Assembly: GCA_031414535.1 (NCBI GenBank)
Contig: JANNVQ010000038.1
Location: 67,461-131,460, forward strand
Direction: 5' to 3'
Source: Gemmatimonas sp.
GTDB taxonomy: Bacteria > Gemmatimonadota > Gemmatimonadetes > Gemmatimonadales > Gemmatimonadaceae
DNA: 64,000 nucleotides
Below are positions 58,649 to 64,000 of the stretch, in pieces. The notes under the pieces were generated by a model. That model was given only the letters and a program-made list of their open reading frames with translations, was not told the DNA's origin and ran no database searches. How positions within the stretch are numbered: position 1 is the first letter of the stretch; every line of letters starts with the position of its first letter. A program made the position numbers and the translations under genes.

Positions 58649-59860
58649 TCAGGTGGTGGCGGGGGTCTTGGAACCGCTGCGGAACAGCACGAGGAAGAGC
58701 AGGAACACAGCGAGCGCCATATACGCGGGGATTGGCCAGATCTTCGACCAATCGTGTAGGGTCACGCCGCTGGCATCATCAATGGTGGCGTACTTGTTCA
58801 CCACGAAGCCCGACACAAACGCGCCCACGAAGTAGCCGAGTCCGTTGGTGACGAAATTGATGAAGCCCTGCGCTGCGCCGCGAATGTTTACGCCGGCGCG
58901 CTGGTCGGTATAGATCTGGCCAGCCACGAAGAAGAAGTCGTAGCACACGCCGTGCAGAAGAATGCCGAGGTAAATCATCCACATCCCGGGGCCCGCGTCT
59001 CCGGCGGCGAAGGCGAAGTAGCGCGCGCCCCAGGCCAGCATGCCCACGAGCAACACCGTCTTAATCCCAAAGCGCATCAGGAAGACCGGCAGCGCGATGA
59101 GGAAGAAGATTTCACTCATCTGCCCGAAGGTCTGGATGAATGCGGGGTCCGGCGCGCCAATCTCGTTCAAGTAGAGATTGGTGAAGGTGTAGTAGAACTG
59201 CAGTGGGATGCAGAGCAGGAAGCTGCCGAGCGTGAATATCAAGAAATCCTTGTGGCGCAGGAGGCCGAGCGCCTCGAGGCCAAAGGCATCACGCACCGTG
59301 AACGGACGCCCCGCGCCCTTGGGCGGCGTGGCCGGCAGCGCGAAGGAGAACAGACCAAGCGCGAGGCTACCGGCGGCCGCGACTTGCATCGGCAGGTTGA
59401 GTGCATCGGCCTTCATCACCTTGCCAATCACCACGCCGGCGGCAATCCATCCTATTGTGCCCAGCACTCGAATCGCGGGAAACTCCTTGGCCGGATCCTT
59501 GATGTGGTGAAACGCCACCGCATTCGTGAGCGAGAGCGTGGGCATGTAGCACACCGCGTAGACGATGAGCACCGGATAGAAGGTGCTGAACTCTGTCTGC
59601 TGCGACACGAACCACATCAGTCCCGCGCCTGCCAAATGCAACACCGCGAGCAGCCTCTCAGAGTTCACGAAGCGGTCCGCCACCATTCCAATGAAGAAGG
59701 GCGAGATCAACGCAGCAATCGCGGTGGCGCCGTAAGCCGCGCCAATCTGTTGATCGCTAAAGCGCAGCGTTTGACCCAAGTAGGTACCCATCGTCACAAA
59801 CCAGCTCCCCCAGACGAAGTACTGGAGGAACATCATCACAGCGAGTCGGAGTTTGATCAC
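58649..59860 (-). CDS. MFS nucleoside:H+ symporter family permease (NupG/XapB/YegT-like)
   Basis: [46 protein letters not shown]. Confidence 0.92.
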   Translation of the reverse strand: MIKLRLAVMMFLQYFVWGSWFVTMGTYLGQTLRFSDQQIGAAYGATAIAALISPFFIGMVADRFVNSERLLAVLHLAGAGLMWFVSQQTEFSTFYPVLIVYAVCYMPTLSLTNAVAFHHIKDPAKEFPAIRVLGTIGWIAAGVVIGKVMKADALNLPMQVAAAGSLALGLFSFALPATPPKGAGRPFTVRDAFGLEALGLLRHKDFLIFTLGSFLLCIPLQFYYTFTNLYLNEIGAPDPAFIQTFGQMSEIFFLIALPVFLMRFGIKTVLLVGMLAWGARYFAFAAGDAGPGMWMIYLGILLHGVCYDFFFVAGQIYTDQRAGVNIRGAAQGFINFVTNGLGYFVGAFVSGFVVNKYATIDDASGVTLHDWSKIWPIPAYMALAVFLLFLVLFRSGSKTPATT

Positions 59861-60603
59861 GGAATATTCCGTACGCGCATGCCGCGGAAGAACACCACAT
59901 CACCGTGATCCTGCAGGCCGAGGTGGCCCGTGCGTGCCTTCCCGTAGCTGGGCCAGTCGTTGAACTTGGACGCGGCCACCAGACGAGTCCACTCGGCGGA
60001 GCCCGCGACGTACTCCACTACCTTCATGCCGTTCAACCAGTGTTCGACGGTATCACCGCGGGCGACGATGCGCGCGCTGTTCCATTCTCCAACCGGACGC
60101 GTCATATCGTGGTTGGGCGCGTTGAGCGCGTAGTTCGCGCCGGCCGAGGTGAGGGAGTTTTGCCCATCGCGATGACCGCCGTTATCGAGAATCTGCATCT
60201 CCGGCGCGTTCTCGTAGATGACGCGGGTGCCCTCAGTGGCCCAATAGAACACGCCGCTGTTGCCGCGTGCGCCCACCTTCCACTCCAGTTCCAGCTCAAA
60301 GCGCGAGAACTGCTGCCGCGTGACGATGTCGCCACCGCTGCGGCGCGTCAGCACCTTGGTTGAAGCGTCGAACTCCCATCCGGCTGGCAACGTTTCGCTC
60401 TTATAGCCGCGCCAGGCTTCGGCGCGCTGAAGGTCAATCCATTGGCCGGGTGTCGCTGCCGGTGTAGCTGCCCGTGTAGCTGCCGGTGGTGTGGCCACGG
60501 CTTGCTGCGCCGCGGGAGCACAGGCGAGGAGCAGCGCAGCTAGAGGCGCAAGCGACGAACGCGCGGCCGCAGCGACGGCGCGGCCAGCAAGGGGGGGAAG
60601 CAT
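59857..60603 (-). CDS. DUF1080 (3-keto-disaccharide hydrolase family) lipoprotein
   Basis: LLLAC lipobox; [37 protein letters not shown]...FR. Confidence 0.92.
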   Translation of the reverse strand: MLPPLAGRAVAAAARSSLAPLAALLLACAPAAQQAVATPPAATRAATPAATPGQWIDLQRAEAWRGYKSETLPAGWEFDASTKVLTRRSGGDIVTRQQFSRFELELEWKVGARGNSGVFYWATEGTRVIYENAPEMQILDNGGHRDGQNSLTSAGANYALNAPNHDMTRPVGEWNSARIVARGDTVEHWLNGMKVVEYVAGSAEWTRLVAASKFNDWPSYGKARTGHLGLQDHGDVVFFRGMRVRNIP

Positions 60604-60705
60604 CGCGCGGGAGGGGCTGGAGGTGATTGAGCACAATCTGACCTCTAGAAGATGCGGTCCGCGGGGCAAAAGTGCCACGCCCCGGGCAGCCCATCGCACG
60701 GCAAA

Positions 60706-61137
60706 CTACTGCAGTCGTGCCTCCGCCATCGCCACGTTGAACGGATCACACCAGATAATCACCCACGCGTAGCGCGGTGCCCCGGCCGGTATCTGAAACG
60801 AATAGCTCTGCGCACCGCTGTTGCTTCTCAGCGTGCCGATGCGCAGCGGCTGCCCACTGTTGGGGTTATTCGTGGTATTGATATACAGCGTCGGGCCGGG
60901 CGCCTGGCCAATCGAGAAGTCGCTGCTCAAATCGAGACGCGCCGTGTTGCCGTCAATCACCAAGGTGACTCGGCCCGTGACGGCGTAGCCCGTACGCTGA
61001 AGCTGCCCCATCAGGCCCATGCCCATCGGTCCCATAGTTCCTGAATCCAAAGGCGTGGCATTGGGTGCCGTTGGCGCGTTGGGACCGCACCCAAGCACGA
61101 CGCCAACGAGCAACGCGGCGATTCGAACCTGCTTCAA
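60706..61137 (-). CDS. DM13-domain lipoprotein
   Basis: VLGC lipobox; APGP.LY, G.Q.Y, VIIWCDPFNV; AGGAG upstream of TTG 61137. Confidence 0.8.
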   Translation of the reverse strand: MKQVRIAALLVGVVLGCGPNAPTAPNATPLDSGTMGPMGMGLMGQLQRTGYAVTGRVTLVIDGNTARLDLSSDFSIGQAPGPTLYINTTNNPNSGQPLRIGTLRSNSGAQSYSFQIPAGAPRYAWVIIWCDPFNVAMAEARLQ

Positions 61138-61262
61138 TTCAAGACTCCTGATCGGAAGACAGTGGCCGGGTTGCAAGCGCGCGAGGCGAGTGGCCTAATA
61201 GGAGAGACCCAGGCCCGTCGAAGAGTTCCCGGCGTCGATTGTTGGTCACTCAGCGCTCTTTG

Positions 61263-61925
61263 CTATTCGCGCCACATCAGCGAGCGGACGTCGGCTTCTG
61301 CGCGGGCGCCAGTCTGGTCCGTGTCCTGCATCATCCCGACGGCGACAATCGTTCCGTCACCCCAACCGCAGTCGCGTGCCGCATCAGCGGCCGGCGACAC
61401 TGCGAGGCGCTGCCATCCACTCGTACTTACGGCGCTAAGGCGAATGTCGCACATATTGTCATCACGCTTCACGCGTGGCCCAGCGCTCAAGGCACCGAGT
61501 GAGTAGAAGAGCACGCGCCGGCTCGGCAAGAACCGGCGCGTCCCTTCAAAGACGAAGTAGAGTCGCAGCGCGGCGTCAGAGCGTTCGGCGATTGTGAGGT
61601 CGGCTCCCGCTGGCAGCAGCGGCAAGCGGTACTCCATCGCGGCGGCGCCGCTGTGCGACAACGGCTGGCGTCGAACATCCAACACGAACCAGGCTGCCTG
61701 ACCGCTGCCGCTAATCGACAAGAATCGCTCACCGCGATTATCACGCACCACCGACCTCGGGGAGCTCTGTCCCCGCACCGCAATCCGCTGCCACTGCGCC
61801 GGGAGCGAATCTCCCACAGCCGCCGATGCGAGTGCAAACAGGTCACGCTCTGCCCGCGCCGGAGAACCAATGAGAGAGGCACCAATCACAAGAGTTGTCA
61901 CAAACCAGCCGAGGAGGTTCAGCAT
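61263..61925 (-). CDS. DUF3047-family exported protein
   Basis: Signal-like N-terminus; DAALRLYFVF; VAVGMMQDTDQTG. Confidence 0.75.
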   Translation of the reverse strand: MLNLLGWFVTTLVIGASLIGSPARAERDLFALASAAVGDSLPAQWQRIAVRGQSSPRSVVRDNRGERFLSISGSGQAAWFVLDVRRQPLSHSGAAAMEYRLPLLPAGADLTIAERSDAALRLYFVFEGTRRFLPSRRVLFYSLGALSAGPRVKRDDNMCDIRLSAVSTSGWQRLAVSPAADAARDCGWGDGTIVAVGMMQDTDQTGARAEADVRSLMWRE

Positions 61926-62013
61926 CGTCGGCCCTGATGCTGTCTTCGGTGAACTCGAGTACTTCGCGATCGAAGCGTCATGACTTCCCTCGTCTTCTCT
62001 TTATGAGTACCAG

Positions 62014-63630
62014 TCACCGACCACGCAAGCCGAGCGCCCGCAGCTCATCATCCAGGCCCGTCATCTCCCAGCGAATGAGCGAAATTGGGATGCTGCCCTT
62101 GGACAGAAACTCGTCGTGGAAGCTTCCCAGATCGAACTGGGCGCCCAGCTGTCTCGACCGATCGGCCACGAGCTTCTCCATCTGCGCCTTCCCAACCGTG
62201 TAGTTCATCCCGTAGGCCGGCCGGCGCAAGTAGATGGCGAGATCGTAGCGCGCGAGGTTCTCCTCCATCAGCGGGACCTCAGCCACGAGGAAGTCAATTG
62301 CCTGCTGCAGCGACCAGCTCCCCGTCTGCATCGCGAGCTCGGCCGGAATGCGCGCCGCGCGCTTCAACTGCGCGATGTAAAAGAGCTCACGCGTGCGTGG
62401 ACGCTCGTCGAGTAGTCCTGCCTGCAGGTACATCTCTTCGATGTAGAACGACCAACCTTCAGCGCGTGTGCCATCGCTGAACGCGCGACGAATTGGCCGC
62501 GGGTTTCGGCGCTGGATCGCCCCGTCAAAGCGGTGGCCAGGAATGGACGCGTGGATATGATTGTTGAGCGGATCACGGTACGTGAGCTCGTCCCAGAAGT
62601 GCCGATGCCCGCCCCACGCCGAACGATCAATGAAGAACGCGTCGGTCTCGTACTGCGCCGGAATGTCAGTCGGGATGGTGAGGATGCGCTTTTTCGCGGT
62701 GAACTCGCGAATGTGCGTCTCCGCCTCACGCGTGCGACGCTCGTGCTCCTCAGCCGTGGTGGCGGGCAGCAACTCGGGCAGTTCGCGATTACGGTGGCGT
62801 TCGATGGCGAGCAGCGTCCGTGCACGCTCAAGCTCACGCTTGCCGAGCGCCGCCACTTCGTCTGGCGTCAGCGCAACAAGACGCACGTGGCGGAGATACC
62901 ACGCGTACTCTTCGAGCCCGATGTAGGCTGGCGCGGTCATGCGCGGCTGCTCGGCAATAAGCCAATCGCGGAACCCGCGCACGGCGCCGAGGGCGCGCTC
63001 GATGTCGGGGATCAGCGCGCGGTCAGTGGCGCGAGCCCGCGATAGGAATTCTTCATACCACGCAATCACACCCTCCGGAGGCGGGTCGCGACGCGGTTCG
63101 CCTTGGTTCACGCCATCCGAGTGGGTGAGGGCGAAGATGGCCATGCCGGCGTGCTCGGCCGACGGGCGCGTGAGTCGCGTGCGCGCCTCACTCAGGATGC
63201 GCGGCACTGCTCGTAGCTGCTGCACCAGTCGCTCGCGCTGCTCCGCTGGAACCGGAGTGCTCGCATACGGAATGCGCGACACGAGGTCCACCCAAGTGTT
63301 CGGATCGCGCTCCCACGCGCGCACTACACGCACATCAAAGTCGAGCGCATTGAGCTGCGCGCCGACGAGGATGTGATCCACCTGATCAGGCACGGACCAC
63401 TCACTGGTGCTGAAGGCGGCATGCCGAGCGCGGAGACCCGTCAGGCCGTCGCGCCAGCGTTGCTCCGCAGCCGGAGAGTAGTCGGGCACGCCCTCTTGCA
63501 GCGCCGGCTGACGAAGCCGCCGTAGGTCTTCAGAGAGCTGGACCAATGAGTCGCGCGTCGCGTCCGTCTGCGCGCTGGTGCTCGAAGCAGGAATCAGCAG
63601 GCAGAACGCAAGCAGTGCAGCGCGGCGCAT
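62014..63630 (-). CDS. DUF885-family exported protein
   Basis: Signal peptide; HASIPGH, EGWSFYIEE, YTVGK, FDLGSFHDEFL..GSIP. Confidence 0.88.
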   Translation of the reverse strand: MRRAALLAFCLLIPASSTSAQTDATRDSLVQLSEDLRRLRQPALQEGVPDYSPAAEQRWRDGLTGLRARHAAFSTSEWSVPDQVDHILVGAQLNALDFDVRVVRAWERDPNTWVDLVSRIPYASTPVPAEQRERLVQQLRAVPRILSEARTRLTRPSAEHAGMAIFALTHSDGVNQGEPRRDPPPEGVIAWYEEFLSRARATDRALIPDIERALGAVRGFRDWLIAEQPRMTAPAYIGLEEYAWYLRHVRLVALTPDEVAALGKRELERARTLLAIERHRNRELPELLPATTAEEHERRTREAETHIREFTAKKRILTIPTDIPAQYETDAFFIDRSAWGGHRHFWDELTYRDPLNNHIHASIPGHRFDGAIQRRNPRPIRRAFSDGTRAEGWSFYIEEMYLQAGLLDERPRTRELFYIAQLKRAARIPAELAMQTGSWSLQQAIDFLVAEVPLMEENLARYDLAIYLRRPAYGMNYTVGKAQMEKLVADRSRQLGAQFDLGSFHDEFLSKGSIPISLIRWEMTGLDDELRALGLRGR

Positions 63631-64000
63631 CAGCGATCCCCTTTCAAGTGGCGGTCAAAGTACTCAAGCATCTTCCCAAACGCGTAGCGGGTCTGATAGT
63701 TGGCTTCGAGATCCCACCCGTGCCCTGCTTCGGGCAGAGCGAGCAGCTCAACATCCTTGCCGAGCTGCATCAAGTACTGCGTGAGCCACACGGAGTCCTT
63801 GAAGAGTACGACCACATCGCGCATTCCGTGAATGAGCAGAAGATGATCCCGCATACCCGCGGCCTTCGTGTGCGAGCTGGCATTGATGTACGCCTCGCGC
63901 TGCTCCTGCGGGCGCATCATCACGCGCTGCTCGCCCGTGAGAGCGTGAAACACATTCGTGGCTGGCGCGGCAGCGATGCCCGCGGCGTACACACCGGGCT
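63630..64000 (-). CDS. S9 prolyl-oligopeptidase-family peptidase, C-terminal part (5' end outside the window)
   Basis: AAGIAAAPAT, LLLIHGMRDVVV (catalytic Asp), PEAGHG (catalytic His), YFDRHLK. Confidence 0.85.
   Translation of the reverse strand, partial: PGVYAAGIAAAPATNVFHALTGEQRVMMRPQEQREAYINASSHTKAAGMRDHLLLIHGMRDVVVLFKDSVWLTQYLMQLGKDVELLALPEAGHGWDLEANYQTRYAFGKMLEYFDRHLKGDR

Noticed and set aside
60451..60495. 12-bp tandem repeats (GTGTAGCTGCCG-like)
   Set aside because: They encode the AATR/AATP linker of the DUF1080 lipoprotein; an ordinary flexible tether.

Overview
GC-rich bacterial chromosomal segment. Gene content suggests Gemmatimonadota (inference): stand-alone BTAD regulator, Ser/Thr kinase-TolB_N-TPR protein, carboxypeptidase-domain TonB receptor, Tricorn, M20, S9 and DUF885 proteins. 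It holds about 54 densely packed CDSs, mostly metabolic: acnA, aguBA, queC-queE, serC/serA-FAD oxidoreductase-serB, ctaA, cutC, a copper amine oxidase and a vapBC pair. I saw no rRNA, tRNA, CRISPR array, transposase, integrase or phage genes. The strongest leads are: (1) a patatin phospholipase fused to a single-cluster ferredoxin directly upstream of acnA; (2) intergenic hairpin elements built from 7-8-bp micro-repeats, including two 123-125-bp elements with near-identical 22-bp terminal inverted repeats but unrelated internal hairpins, and a perfect 24-bp hairpin bridging queC and queE; (3) tandem mini-PAS/LuxR paralogues; (4) a solute-binding lipoprotein coupled to a chemoreceptor; (5) an MFS-pilC-like-MFS::PlsC operon; (6) a serA/D-2-hydroxyglutarate dehydrogenase-like coupling; (7) an orphan HEPN-like protein; (8) a dispersed glycoside 3-oxidation/elimination pathway; (9) a probably leaderless, autoregulated vapBC. 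All calls come from reading motifs by eye; no database searches were run.
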